Shown here: positions 37,638 to 48,339 of the stretch, one piece after another | How positions within the stretch are numbered: position 1 is the stretch's first letter | Layout of the letters: the number at the start of each line of letters is the position of its first letter | The notes under the pieces: model-generated | What the model saw: the letters and a program-made list of their open reading frames with translations, nothing else | The model's database searches: none | What the model was told of the DNA's origin: nothing | From: Candidatus Woesearchaeota archaeon | GTDB taxonomy: Archaea; Nanobdellota; Nanobdellia; Woesearchaeales; JAGVYU01 | NCBI GenBank assembly: GCA_043805595.1 | Contig: JAZDHV010000006.1 | Span: 11,724 to 75,723, forward strand | Length of the DNA stretch: 64,000 bases | Direction: 5' to 3' | Translations under genes and position numbers: made by a program

Positions 37638-38567
37638 ATGGATATAAGTGTTGTAATACCAATATATAATGAGGAAAAGAATATCAAATTTTTAGTAGAT
37701 GAAATCACAGATGTCCTTAAAGGGATAACTGACAAGTTTGAGATCATCCTTATTGATGACGGAAGCAAAGACAGATCATTCTTTTTTATGACCAAGATCA
37801 AGGAGAAGAACAAACATTTAAGGATCATCAAGTTCAGGAAGAATTTCGGGCAGACATCTGCATTGGATGCAGGATTCAGCCTTGCCAAAGGAAAAGTGAT
37901 AATTGAGATGGACGGGGACCTTCAGAATGATCCCCATGATATCCCAAACCTGCTGGAGAAAATGAAACAAGGATATGATGTTGTCAGCGGATGGAGGCAT
38001 AAGAGAAGAGACAGTTTTTTAAAAAAAATCATATCTAAAATTGCAAATATATTCAGAAAAGCTATCACTGGAGAGAAGATCCATGATTCTGGATGCTCAT
38101 TAAAAGCATATAAAAAAGAATGCCTTGCTGATATCAACCTTTTTGGAGAGATGCATAGATTTATACCCCTTATATTGATGTGGAAAGGATATAAGATCGG
38201 AGAGGTAAAAGTGAATCATAGGGGAAGAAAATATGGCAAGACAAAATACAATTTTGTAAGGGTGCTAAAGGGATTTCTTGATCTTTTGGTAATAAAATTC
38301 TGGATGCAATATTCAACCAGGCCAATGCACCTTTTTGGGGGATTAGGCATACTGTCATTCTTATTTGGTTTTCTGGTCAATCTCTATCTTACTTTCAGAA
38401 AATTCTTTTTCAATGAATCACTCACAAACAGGCCATTGCTCCTGTTAGGGGTATTGTTCATGATACTTGGATTCCAGCTGATAATATTAGGATTGTTAGC
38501 TGATATACTTATCAAAACATATTATGGCGGAGAGAGAAAGAGTTATTATATTGAGAAGATATTGTAG
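37638..38567 (+). CDS. GT2 polyprenol-phosphate glycosyltransferase with C-terminal TM helices (GtrB/ArnC/DPM-like)
   Basis: 309 aa; ISVVIPIYNEEKNI ... ILIDDGSKD ... DGDLQNDP; two C-terminal TM segments. Confidence 0.8.
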   Translation: MDISVVIPIYNEEKNIKFLVDEITDVLKGITDKFEIILIDDGSKDRSFFFMTKIKEKNKHLRIIKFRKNFGQTSALDAGFSLAKGKVIIEMDGDLQNDPHDIPNLLEKMKQGYDVVSGWRHKRRDSFLKKIISKIANIFRKAITGEKIHDSGCSLKAYKKECLADINLFGEMHRFIPLILMWKGYKIGEVKVNHRGRKYGKTKYNFVRVLKGFLDLLVIKFWMQYSTRPMHLFGGLGILSFLFGFLVNLYLTFRKFFFNESLTNRPLLLLGVLFMILGFQLIILGLLADILIKTYYGGERKSYYIEKIL

Positions 38568-38655
38568 GATTTCTAAGGGTAAATTATACTTATTGCTCTT
38601 TTTGCTCTTTTTTTAAAAAATTTTTTTGTTTTTTGTGTCTAAAAAATTTTTAGGA

Positions 38656-38700
38656 ATTTGAATCAATGATCATTCGGAATCAAATTCCGACTTGATTCTA
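38656..38700. terminator. Nested palindrome (GGAATTTGA...AATGATCATT...TCAAATTCC) after T-runs between convergent genes; probable bidirectional terminator
   Basis: Seen directly between 37638..38567 (+) and 38719..39681 (-); preceded by ctctttttgctcttttttt T-stretches. Confidence 0.4.
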
Positions 38701-38718
38701 TTATTCTTCTTTTATTTT

Positions 38719-39681
38719 TTAGTCTTTAGTTTTATAATTCTTGTACCACTCAACAAAAATCCTTATGCCATCCTCAATCTTTATCTTAGGACTGTAATTC
38801 AACAATTTTTTTGCCTTACTGATATCTGCGCAGGTTATTGTTACATCACCTGGATTTATTGCCATCCTATTGATAATAGCCTTTTTTCCAAGATTTTTCT
38901 CAATCAATGAAATCAGATAATTAAGCTCAATAGGATTATTGTCCCCTAAATTGATTATCTCAAACTTAAGGTCAGCGTCCAAAGCTGAGATTATCCCATC
39001 ACAAATGTCGCTGACAAAGGTATAATCCCTTTTTGAGGATCCATCTCCAAAAACTGTGATCGGCCTTTGCTCATCTATAAGCCTTGTGAACTTGAAGATG
39101 GCCATATCAGGCCTGCCACCAGGACCATAGACTGTGAAAAACCTAAGGCATATAATGTTTATATTAAAGAGGCTATGATAAGTGTAGCAGAGGACTTCAC
39201 CTGCTTTTTTTGTAGCTGCATATGGTGATATTGGATAGTCTGTGTTATCTGACTCCTTAAATGGGATCTCTTCCCTATCTCCATAAACAGAAGATGATGA
39301 AGCAGACACAAATTTCTTGATATTATATTTTCTGGCAGACTCAAGCAAGTTCTGAAGCCCAATGATGTTCACATTTGAATATAACATTGGCTTTTCTATT
39401 GAAGGCCTGACACCAGCCATTGCAGCCAAATGGATTATCTTTTCAATATTTTCATGAGAAAATATTTCTTTTATCCCATCCATATCTGTGATATCTGCCT
39501 TGTAAAAAATAAAAGAATCTGGGAATGAACTCTTAAGCTCATCAATATTAGATTGCTTTAAATCCTGTCCATAATTATCACTCAGGTTATCAATACATAC
39601 AACAATATGGTCTTTTTCTAGAAGTTTCCTGCAAACAATGCTGCCAATAAGGCCAGCCCCCCCAGTAACTAATATTTTCAT
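38719..39681 (-). CDS. NAD-dependent sugar epimerase/dehydratase (SDR family; UDP-sugar 4-epimerase or ADP-heptose 6-epimerase-like)
   Basis: 320 aa; MKILVTGGAGLIGS Rossmann and YAATKKAGE (YxxxK) catalytic motif. Confidence 0.8.
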   Translation of the reverse strand: MKILVTGGAGLIGSIVCRKLLEKDHIVVCIDNLSDNYGQDLKQSNIDELKSSFPDSFIFYKADITDMDGIKEIFSHENIEKIIHLAAMAGVRPSIEKPMLYSNVNIIGLQNLLESARKYNIKKFVSASSSSVYGDREEIPFKESDNTDYPISPYAATKKAGEVLCYTYHSLFNINIICLRFFTVYGPGGRPDMAIFKFTRLIDEQRPITVFGDGSSKRDYTFVSDICDGIISALDADLKFEIINLGDNNPIELNYLISLIEKNLGKKAIINRMAINPGDVTITCADISKAKKLLNYSPKIKIEDGIRIFVEWYKNYKTKD

Positions 39682-39716
39682 CTTGCCATAAAGAAAACAT
39701 AAGTATTTAAATATTT

Positions 39717-40730
39717 ATGCCATATCCTATTACTATAAAAAAAAAGATTATATTTTTTCAGATGAAAAAGAAACAAATTATCAAAAATGTCATTTTTGGA
39801 GCAATTGCATTAGGATTGATCTGGTTACTACTGTCCCAAATATCACTTAAAAGCTTGTTTGAGACATTGAAAAATGCAGACATACAGCTTCTTTTTGTAG
39901 GATTTGTATTGTATGCAATAACCTATCTTTTCAGAACATTCAGGTTTAAGGCATTGCTTAATGACAGCATTAATGTGAACAATCTTTTCAAGATTGTATC
40001 ATTGCATGCACTATTGAATAATCTGATACCAGCAAGGCTTGGCGAGCTCAGTTTTGTGTATTTTACAAAAAAAATAGGCAATATCAAAAGTGCGCAATCA
40101 ATCTCAGTACTTATCATATGCAGGGTAATGGATTTTACTGTGTCATTGATAATATTCTCAATAGCGCTATTGAATATTGGAGAAATACCAAGCATAATGT
40201 CCAGTATTCTGAAAATAATGTCAGTCTTTCTGCTATTAATGATCATGCTGTTATTTATTTTAATATTTACAAGATATAACATCCATAAGATTGCTTTTAG
40301 GTTCTGCAACCTGCTGAAAATTGATCATTATAGATTTATATCCTTTCTTCTGGCAAAGATAAAAGAGATCATTGAAGAGATAAAAAATATTAAATCAAAT
40401 AAGAAGATGGTGCAGGTCATTATTTATTCTATATTAATCTGGGCCAGTTTCCTGACTTCATTTTATTTTATAATATTGAGCCTTAATATGCAGATAAGTT
40501 TATGGATAATAATGATAGCATTCATATTCCTTATGTGGGCAAGCATCCTGCCAATCCACTCATTTGGCGGATTTGGAACATCTGAAGGGGCTTGGGCAAT
40601 AGCAATGATTGCCCTTGGAACTGGAAAGGAACAAGCAATTATATCTGGATTTTCTGTGCACATACTCATGTATGTGTTTGTGATAATACTCTGTATTTTT
40701 GCAATTCCTATCTTAAGGAAGATAAAATAA
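39717..40730 (+). CDS. UPF0104 / LPG-synthase-TM-like polytopic membrane protein (putative flippase-like)
   Basis: 337 aa, ~8 TM; N-terminal IFGAIALGLIWLLLSQISLKSLFETLKNADIQLL resembles PF03706-type proteins often linked to GT2 genes; likely start at MKKKQ. Confidence 0.45.
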   Translation: MPYPITIKKKIIFFQMKKKQIIKNVIFGAIALGLIWLLLSQISLKSLFETLKNADIQLLFVGFVLYAITYLFRTFRFKALLNDSINVNNLFKIVSLHALLNNLIPARLGELSFVYFTKKIGNIKSAQSISVLIICRVMDFTVSLIIFSIALLNIGEIPSIMSSILKIMSVFLLLMIMLLFILIFTRYNIHKIAFRFCNLLKIDHYRFISFLLAKIKEIIEEIKNIKSNKKMVQVIIYSILIWASFLTSFYFIILSLNMQISLWIIMIAFIFLMWASILPIHSFGGFGTSEGAWAIAMIALGTGKEQAIISGFSVHILMYVFVIILCIFAIPILRKIK

Positions 40731-40814
40731 GGGGATAATAGGGTATTCCTCCAGAGTAATATTTAAATAAGCTGAGATAACTAATCATAATGGGGAAATA
40801 TTTGAGGGTATAAT

Positions 40815-41573
40815 ATGAAATGTGCAGTATGCGGACAACCAATGCAAGGCAAGTCTTGCAAAAGATGCAATTTTTCATATGACAATTTTAAAGATGAATA
40901 TATTAAAAATGATTTCAGGGATTTTAACCTATTTAATCTCATTATGAAAAATATAAAAGGGAAAAGTGTGCTGGATATAGGTTGCGGAGGAGGATACCTG
41001 ATAAGGCTTTTGAGCAAAAGGGGGATGAAAACATTTGGAATGGAAATTGACAAAGATTCTGCAGAGCATGCCAGAGCAATCAATTCTGATTCAAAAATAT
41101 TTAATGAACCAGCTGAGAATATAAGGAAAGTATTGAAACAAAATGTTGACTCTATTGTAATGATAGATGTTTTAGAGCATATTGAAGATGATAATAAGGT
41201 TGTTTCAGATTTAGGAAAGATAATCAATGAAAAAGGCCAATTGATCATAGTTGTTCCATGTTTTAGGTTCTTATACGGCAAAAGAGATATTTTAGCAGGA
41301 CATAAAAGAAGATATACATCCAAAATGCTAAGGAAGATACTGTTAAAAAATGGGTTTAAAGTTAGAAAAATGAGATACTGGAACATGATGGGATTTTTCC
41401 CTTATCTAATCAGTGAGAAGGTAATGAAGAGGTCCTTGAAAGCAGGATTCAGAAGCAATAAAAAGAGCCTATTGAATAACATGCTGAATATCTGGTTCAA
41501 AAATGTTGAAAATAGAATAAATTTTGGTTTTGGATTAAGTATTTTGTGTGTTGCTGAGAAAAAGCAGGATTGA
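40815..41573 (+). CDS. Class I SAM-dependent methyltransferase with N-terminal zinc ribbon
   Basis: 252 aa; CAVCGQPMQGKSCKRC; motif I VLDIGCGGGYLIRLL; motif post-I GMEID. Confidence 0.75.
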   Translation: MKCAVCGQPMQGKSCKRCNFSYDNFKDEYIKNDFRDFNLFNLIMKNIKGKSVLDIGCGGGYLIRLLSKRGMKTFGMEIDKDSAEHARAINSDSKIFNEPAENIRKVLKQNVDSIVMIDVLEHIEDDNKVVSDLGKIINEKGQLIIVVPCFRFLYGKRDILAGHKRRYTSKMLRKILLKNGFKVRKMRYWNMMGFFPYLISEKVMKRSLKAGFRSNKKSLLNNMLNIWFKNVENRINFGFGLSILCVAEKKQD

Positions 41574-41587
41574 ATGTCAGATGATTT

Positions 41588-43906
41588 TTGAAAATTCCTG
41601 ACAATTTTTTTAAAATGGATGAAAAAAATAAAAAGGTGATGGTTTTTGGGATTCTCGTAATTCTTATCCCATCAATATTTTATCTAAATTTCTTGTTGAG
41701 TGACAATATTCCAGTCAGGGACATGCTGACATATGGTTTTGCAAGGTCAGAGGTGCTTAGGCATTCTTTTGAACAATATAATGACTACAATCCCTTATGG
41801 AACCCATTTTTCATGAGCGGGACTCCTTATTATGCACAGGCAATCTCTTTTGGGTTTGACCAGCCTATTGGATATCTGCTTCTTTTTTTTAATACTGTCA
41901 CAGCGTTAAAGCTGAATTTTGTGATTGATATAATATTGGCAGGATTATTCATGTACCTGTTTATGATTTCTATCAGACTAAAACCAGAATATGCATTTGT
42001 TTCTGCGTTTGTCTATATGTTCAATGGATATGCAATAAAATATTTTTACAACACAAATCTGATGACACTCAATGCCTATGCATTTATTCCACTTGTGATG
42101 CTGTTTGCTGTAATGACATTAAAATCAAAGAAATGGTTTTTGCTGTCTGTGATCACTGGGCTGATATTTGCAATCCAAATAAGAGTAGGGCCTGATCTAA
42201 AAGTTTTCTTATTTACCTTTCTAATATTCTTAGTTTATAATGCAATGATAATGGTTATGAATTTTAAGAAAAACGTCAAAATGGTTGTAATTAATGTGAT
42301 TATTGTTGGATTGATAATCGGAGGGTTGTCAGCACAAAAGATCCTGCCAGAAAAAGAATATCTTGAGATGAGCTCAAGGTCAGAGCTGAAATATGAGGAA
42401 TCATCTGGCAGGAGGGTTCCTGTATCTGAATTCTTTTCAAGATTGATTGAGCCAATAAGAATGCCAAAAATACATGAATTCAAGACTTCAGAGCACATAG
42501 GCATATTTGCTGCACTGCTTGCGCTGCTGGCAATTGCGTTTAAATTCAGGAACAAAATGACAATCTTTTTTCTGATTGTTTTAATCATATCATTATTATT
42601 GGCATCTGGATCATTCCTATTCTATGTCTTATGGAAGTATATCCCACCGTTTGACAGTTTCAGATATTTGGAAAGAATATTATCTATGTTTGCGTTTGGA
42701 GCTTCTGCTCTAGCAGGGATAGGTGCATTTGTATTATTTGAGAAAATATTGAAAAAAGTCACTAGGAATACAAAAATTGGACTGTATATAGCTGTCTTTT
42801 TACTCATATTTCTAGATTTAGCTGTATTTGGATATTCACCATTTAACAAGATCAACATTGATGTCTATAATGCAATTGAAAACAATGATGCTGTAAATGA
42901 GATTGATTCTAAAGAAGGCATTTTCAGGATGAATTTCTGGGAAATAAGAGGAATAGACTGGGATACACAATTTTATACAGTCCCACTAGGGATTGAGGGA
43001 ATATATGGATATGAATCTGCATGGCATGTGCCTTATTTCAACCAATATTTGGGATATGCCAACCAAAATCCATCCAAATTATGGGGAATACTTAATTTGA
43101 AGTATATCACTTCAACAACAGAGCTGAATGTCAGCGGGTTTGAGCTGGTGAAAAAGGCTTCAGATTGTGAAATCTGCAAAAGTGAGGAGCCAAACATCAA
43201 CAAAGGATGGGGGCCATATGTCTATGAAAATAAAAATGCCATCCCAAGGGCTTTTTTGACAGAGCATGCAATCCTTTTATTTGGAGAGAAAATGAATATT
43301 GACAATGTTATGCCAAGACTGCTGCTTGGAGATGAGTTTAATCCTATCAGGACAGTGATAATAACAAAAGAGACTGACAATAAAAAAATTATTGAGAATG
43401 ATCTCAAACATATATCTGGTGTGATATTGGCAAAGAGCACTCTTGATGATAGTGAAATCAGAGTGTTGAGAGAATTTTATGATAATGGAGGCCTGATAAT
43501 TCCTGATATCTTCAATGATGAGAATCAATTAACAAATGAGGGCATTAAAAGAATATTTGAGACAGAATCAGAGCCTGTGGTTATTGAGGATGAAGATATT
43601 ATCACACATGATTTTGATCACAAAGAGATAAGATTAAATAAAGAGTCTAAGGGAAAATTCCTGGTGATAAGCGAGAAGTATTCAATATTCCCTGGGTGGA
43701 AGGCAACAATTGATGGAAAAGAGAAAGAGATTCTGAATGCAGACAGCATGATAACAGCTGTTTATATTGATGAGGCTGAAGATGTGATGTTTAGTTATAT
43801 GCCTCAATCATATAAAACAGGAAGATTGATCACTATAATTACAATAATTTTAATAATTGGAGTTTTAGTCTATCTATTATTTGTCAAAAAAGAGAGAAAA
43901 GAATAA
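41588..43906 (+). CDS. Large polytopic membrane protein with C-terminal extracytoplasmic domain (GT-C fold-like, YfhO/ArnT-like)
   Basis: 772 aa; ~12 N-terminal TM helices then ~300-aa soluble domain and terminal TM; start may be at internal Met. Confidence 0.45.
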   Translation: MKIPDNFFKMDEKNKKVMVFGILVILIPSIFYLNFLLSDNIPVRDMLTYGFARSEVLRHSFEQYNDYNPLWNPFFMSGTPYYAQAISFGFDQPIGYLLLFFNTVTALKLNFVIDIILAGLFMYLFMISIRLKPEYAFVSAFVYMFNGYAIKYFYNTNLMTLNAYAFIPLVMLFAVMTLKSKKWFLLSVITGLIFAIQIRVGPDLKVFLFTFLIFLVYNAMIMVMNFKKNVKMVVINVIIVGLIIGGLSAQKILPEKEYLEMSSRSELKYEESSGRRVPVSEFFSRLIEPIRMPKIHEFKTSEHIGIFAALLALLAIAFKFRNKMTIFFLIVLIISLLLASGSFLFYVLWKYIPPFDSFRYLERILSMFAFGASALAGIGAFVLFEKILKKVTRNTKIGLYIAVFLLIFLDLAVFGYSPFNKINIDVYNAIENNDAVNEIDSKEGIFRMNFWEIRGIDWDTQFYTVPLGIEGIYGYESAWHVPYFNQYLGYANQNPSKLWGILNLKYITSTTELNVSGFELVKKASDCEICKSEEPNINKGWGPYVYENKNAIPRAFLTEHAILLFGEKMNIDNVMPRLLLGDEFNPIRTVIITKETDNKKIIENDLKHISGVILAKSTLDDSEIRVLREFYDNGGLIIPDIFNDENQLTNEGIKRIFETESEPVVIEDEDIITHDFDHKEIRLNKESKGKFLVISEKYSIFPGWKATIDGKEKEILNADSMITAVYIDEAEDVMFSYMPQSYKTGRLITIITIILIIGVLVYLLFVKKERKE

Positions 43907-43909
43907 AAA

Positions 43910-45811
43910 ATGGAAGAGATTAAGATAAACCTTGAGAAAATATACCTTGTTGTATTTGTTCTAGTCATGATGTGGGTAGGCTTTGCCTTGTATGACAACA
44001 GCCTCAGGCATGATTATCCTCATGGGGACTTTGCATCAGATGCATTCCAGCATCTGCCAAAGACTGATTGGGTCAAAAAAGAGGGAAGCTATAAATTCAA
44101 CCCATTCTATGGCTCAACTGGATACCATGATGTGGTAGGATTTTACCCGCCAGGACTATATTATGTGAGTGCTGCGTTTTCTATTGCTTCAGGATTAGAA
44201 GTGTATGATGTAATATTTTTTATCACAATAATTATCACAATAATTAGCTGTATGTTTATTTATGTGATCATCAGGGAATATAACAAGAATGTGGCCCTGC
44301 TTTCTCTTCCACTAATGCTTTTAGTATTCATTGATCCGTTCTTTATAGGGATAAGGTTTGGGTCAAGGCCATTTTTCATAACAAACCTCTTTGTCATAGG
44401 AGTATTATGGTTTTTCTCAAAAATAGAACTGAAAAAAAGCTGGATATTTTTTGGAATATTCTGGGGAGTGACTATGATTGCACATGGAATAGAATATTTC
44501 TATATTGTGGGAATAGTCAGTGCCTTTGTTGCCCTAAAACTGATTTACAGAAGATTGAAACTTGCTGATTTAAAGAACATTATCATAGGGGGTGTGATTG
44601 GAGTAATACTGCCAATCTATTATTCAATAATATTTGTGCTGCTTTATGTTGTTGGAGACATACAGCAAGGATCAAATGGAGGCACAGGATTCTTTCCAAA
44701 CGGTTTCTTAAGGTTTGTCGGAGTCGGAAATCCGATCTACAATAATGTCACTTATTCCACAATATTTCAGCAGTTTAAATTAGTCTCAATAATTGTAATT
44801 ATAGGTATGATCATCTCTGGGATTGTCTTGGCAAAAAAGCTGATTGACAAGAAAGGCATTGATTATGCCTTATTATTTGGATTCTTCGGATTTATGATGG
44901 GAAGCTTTAATTTCATCGGATTCAGAAAAGCATTCCAGTCAAGATTCTTTTTTCCAATATTTTTAGCAGTGTTTTTTGGGATTGCTGTTTATTATGTTAT
45001 AATATTAGTTAAGAGCCTAGCAAAAATCAAATGGAAAACAATGTATAGCATAGTCATAAGTTCGGTGCTGTTGCTTAGCATCACATTTGCCTATTATGAC
45101 AAACCAAGCCATTTCAGCGCAATTGACCCATATCATTGGGAGGCAATAACATGGATACCAGACAATACTCCAATTGATTCAAAAGTTTACTTTTTTTATG
45201 GAGACATCTATGACCAGGATGCAATATTAAGGAACAGCCACAGGTTCCATTTCTTCATCAATTGGCAGGATCAAGAATATCAAAGAGCAGTTCAGAATGG
45301 AACAGTCCTTGCTTATTATAACACTGAAAGGCCAGGCGATTCATTGCCAGGATATCCCTACAGGACAGGCTTGTTTTCTTTTGGAAGGCATGAATGGGAA
45401 TATAATGAAGAACATGGAGAAATGTCATTGAAGTTTTCTTTAATGGATATCTGCTCTTTTGATTATTATGTATTTGACATCCATCCAGATGTGAGCAGGA
45501 CTCCTGCATTTATACAACACAATAATATTGTCAGAGCTGTGTTTTTAACAAATGGGATGAGCGAGGTTTTCAATAATCAGGTAGTCAGCATTGTAAAAAA
45601 TGATAATATCTTGGATTGCTCAAATATGGACAAATTTATTGAAATGATTCAGGCACAGCAAGCAGAAGCTGAAGGAAGAGAAGCAGGAGGGACAACAAGT
45701 GAAGGGGAAGAAGCAAAAACAGATGAGGCAGAAAGTCAAGGAGAGGAAGGCTCAGAAGGTGAAGTGCGAACAGAAGGAGATAATGGAAATGGATCAGAAG
45801 CTATTGAATAA
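43910..45811 (+). CDS. Large polytopic membrane protein with acidic Glu/Gly-rich C-terminal tail (GT-C fold-like)
   Basis: 633 aa; ~13 TM; C-terminal AEAEGREAGGTTSEGEEAKTDEAESQGEEGSEGE. Confidence 0.45.
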   Translation: MEEIKINLEKIYLVVFVLVMMWVGFALYDNSLRHDYPHGDFASDAFQHLPKTDWVKKEGSYKFNPFYGSTGYHDVVGFYPPGLYYVSAAFSIASGLEVYDVIFFITIIITIISCMFIYVIIREYNKNVALLSLPLMLLVFIDPFFIGIRFGSRPFFITNLFVIGVLWFFSKIELKKSWIFFGIFWGVTMIAHGIEYFYIVGIVSAFVALKLIYRRLKLADLKNIIIGGVIGVILPIYYSIIFVLLYVVGDIQQGSNGGTGFFPNGFLRFVGVGNPIYNNVTYSTIFQQFKLVSIIVIIGMIISGIVLAKKLIDKKGIDYALLFGFFGFMMGSFNFIGFRKAFQSRFFFPIFLAVFFGIAVYYVIILVKSLAKIKWKTMYSIVISSVLLLSITFAYYDKPSHFSAIDPYHWEAITWIPDNTPIDSKVYFFYGDIYDQDAILRNSHRFHFFINWQDQEYQRAVQNGTVLAYYNTERPGDSLPGYPYRTGLFSFGRHEWEYNEEHGEMSLKFSLMDICSFDYYVFDIHPDVSRTPAFIQHNNIVRAVFLTNGMSEVFNNQVVSIVKNDNILDCSNMDKFIEMIQAQQAEAEGREAGGTTSEGEEAKTDEAESQGEEGSEGEVRTEGDNGNGSEAIE

Positions 45812-46157
45812 AATAAAAAATGAAGGGATTTATGTATTGATTCTGTTAGTTCTTACATTAGTTTTGTTTAAGTTAGTGTTTTTTAAAGAGAGTGTCTTGG
45901 TTATATTAAGAACAGTTGTTTCATTATATTGGCTTTTTATAATCCCAGGAATAGCAATGATGTACTATTGGCATGACAAACTCAAGTTTTTTGAGAGAAT
46001 GATAGTCGGGACTGCATTAAACATTGGATTGTTTATTATATTTAGCTATAATATTTCTATTATGGGACTGCATATTAAGTGGCATATTTGGGTTTGGCCT
46101 GTTTTGGTTCTTTTGGGAAGTTGGTTTGTTATTAAGTTTATTAAAGAAAAAGATTAG
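45783..46157 (+). CDS. Small membrane protein (4 TM)
   Basis: Start taken at internal Met to remove overlap with upstream gene; hydrophobic throughout. Confidence 0.35.
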   Translation: MEMDQKLLNKIKNEGIYVLILLVLTLVLFKLVFFKESVLVILRTVVSLYWLFIIPGIAMMYYWHDKLKFFERMIVGTALNIGLFIIFSYNISIMGLHIKWHIWVWPVLVLLGSWFVIKFIKEKD

Positions 46158-46912
46158 TTTAAAGCAGTATTCCATAGTATCTCAAAATACTGATTGAATG
46201 AACCAGTCACTTCTTTTCCAGTAATCCTTATGATTAAAGGGTCTTTTGTCAGGATTATTATACATGATCTGTTCTTGTATGTCATGATCTCTGCAGGAGT
46301 GGACTGCTGGAGGAATCTGATATTGTAATTTTTGGAGTTTTGGAAGAATTCAATCCTTTGCTTTCTGTTTTTTAATTCCTTGTTGAAGATGATGTTTGTT
46401 ATGATTCCTTTTTTTTCCCTTAATTTTGAGTATTTGACAAAGAACCTGTCAGCTTGTTTGTCAGATTCACCTTTGCTGGCACCAAATACATTGCAGATGT
46501 CACCTTTATTGCATTCGTTTATTAAGTCTTGGAAAATTGTTTTCATACCATTCCAGCCTTGGAAAACTTCAACATTGACTTTTTCCTTGGTTTCATTGAA
46601 TTTCAATAATAAAGTTGGTAATAGCTGATTTATGAAGTCTTTTTCTTTTTGGATTTCATTTTCTTTGTCATTAAGAAAGTTAAGGATATGGTTTGGGTTA
46701 GCAGGGCTAAAATGAGAGATGCCATTCTTTTCAACTTTTGAGATTATACCTTTTTCTATCAATCTGTTTGTGACATCATAAATGTTTGATGGAGAGATGC
46801 CTGAGGTTTTTGCTAATAATGTTTTTGTGCACTCACCTAACCCTAATAAGGCTTCATATACCTTAATCTCACCTTCTGTAAGGCCAATCCTTCTAAGGTT
46901 TTGGAACTGCAT
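46154..46912 (-). CDS. TrmB-family transcriptional regulator (third copy)
   Basis: 252 aa; N-terminal LTEGEIKVYEALLGLGECTKTLLAKTSGISPSNIYDVTNRLIEKGII wHTH; divergent from PEP-utilizer cassette. Confidence 0.65.
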   Translation of the reverse strand: MQFQNLRRIGLTEGEIKVYEALLGLGECTKTLLAKTSGISPSNIYDVTNRLIEKGIISKVEKNGISHFSPANPNHILNFLNDKENEIQKEKDFINQLLPTLLLKFNETKEKVNVEVFQGWNGMKTIFQDLINECNKGDICNVFGASKGESDKQADRFFVKYSKLREKKGIITNIIFNKELKNRKQRIEFFQNSKNYNIRFLQQSTPAEIMTYKNRSCIIILTKDPLIIRITGKEVTGSFNQYFEILWNTALN

Positions 46913-47047
46913 ATTAGCTCATTATATGATTTTATATATAAATTTTACTAAAGTAGTCCTGTAAAAGGACACTCTTATTCATATACTTATTAGCCACCAC
47001 TTATTGGTAAGCAATGACTAAACCAGCCAAAGAGTTGGTTTACACAG

Positions 47048-47455
47048 GTGACAAAAATGGAGGATCATAAACAAGAAGTAAAACAAAGTATCATTCAGAG
47101 CATTGATTTGTTATTGCAAGAATTACACCAGCCTGGTCCTTGTTGGGGTATTATGGAATGTGGAAGAATGTTGCATGAAAGGGAAAGGCTTCTAAGAATG
47201 GCTCTTGAAAATGAGGGATATGATATACTGGCTAATTTTCAAAATCCTGATTTATGTGATGACATTATTGAATGTTATAATATAATGGCTCGTCGTTCAA
47301 ATCGATTGGATAGATGGCCAGAAACTCAGGCTGACGAGGAGTTTTATGATAAGATCAGATCAGATTATAAAATAGGTGAATTTGATACAGCGATGGCCCG
47401 AAGTTGTGGTATGGTAACTCATGGTTTAAGGGCCACATACGATTGGGCTGACTAG
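47048..47455 (+). CDS. Hypothetical protein
   Basis: 135 aa ORF; several Cys (CWGIMECG, CDDIIEC) but no recognised motif. Confidence 0.35.
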   Translation: MTKMEDHKQEVKQSIIQSIDLLLQELHQPGPCWGIMECGRMLHERERLLRMALENEGYDILANFQNPDLCDDIIECYNIMARRSNRLDRWPETQADEEFYDKIRSDYKIGEFDTAMARSCGMVTHGLRATYDWAD

Positions 47456-47463
47456 AATATAGG

Positions 47464-48339
47464 GTGATAAAAATGACAGAATATATAGCAATGGATTTTA
47501 CAGGAGTGTTTACAGGGGTTGAGAAGACAACTATGCAGGCTCAGTTTGAGCATCTTCATAGGGATCACTACCAGCCAAATTTTGGAGCTTCTCCACTTGA
47601 GGATTATCTAGCTGTAAATAAACAGTATGGAGCTACTTCTAAAGAAAAAAGCTCAGATCATGCACTTAGAGAATGGTTCATGACTATGGGGGATGTGTAT
47701 GGAATGACCAGAGAAGATCTTGAAGAGACAGTTGATAAGTGCTTTGACAGTGGCGTAATGAACCAAGGTGTGATTGATGCAGTCATAAGGCTTGCAAAGG
47801 AGCATGGAAAAAAGATAATCATAGTCTCAAAAAATCCAAAAGATGAAGTCTCTTATGTAGCTGACAGAATAAATGAAGAGGCAGGAGAAGAAGTAATCTA
47901 TGGAGTGATTGGAACAGAGCTGGAATATGACTCAGACGGAAGAATAATCGGTGTAAAAGAGCTGGAATATGACTCAGACGGAAGAATAATCGGTGTAAAA
48001 AGACTTATCTCTGACAGTGGATCAGGTGACATTGATGATACAGAACTTGTGCTGAAAAGCGAAGAGATAGTCAGATATGCAACCAGCTATGACTTTGTAA
48101 GTGATGAAAAAGACATTGACATAGCTGAAGCTGCTGTAGCAGCTGGAAATAAGGCAATCCTGATCAGGCACACACCTGGTGGTGAGGAGAGGGATCCATA
48201 TTTTGCTAGAAGCGAAGATTATCAAGAATCAACGATTGAAAGCGGTGCATACAATGAAGAGGTTGAGAATGATGGGAATGTAGAGGATAATCTAGTTGAT
48301 ATGCTAGCTGACAATGAAAATGAAAGTGAAAGTGAATAA
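47464..48339 (+). CDS. Hypothetical acidic protein with 14-aa tandem repeat (possibly degenerate HAD-like)
   Basis: 291 aa; ELEYDSDGRIIGVK x2 encoded by perfect 42-bp tandem repeat 47917-48000; acidic C-terminal tail; overlaps downstream gene by 26 nt. Confidence 0.4.
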   Translation: MIKMTEYIAMDFTGVFTGVEKTTMQAQFEHLHRDHYQPNFGASPLEDYLAVNKQYGATSKEKSSDHALREWFMTMGDVYGMTREDLEETVDKCFDSGVMNQGVIDAVIRLAKEHGKKIIIVSKNPKDEVSYVADRINEEAGEEVIYGVIGTELEYDSDGRIIGVKELEYDSDGRIIGVKRLISDSGSGDIDDTELVLKSEEIVRYATSYDFVSDEKDIDIAEAAVAAGNKAILIRHTPGGEERDPYFARSEDYQESTIESGAYNEEVENDGNVEDNLVDMLADNENESESE

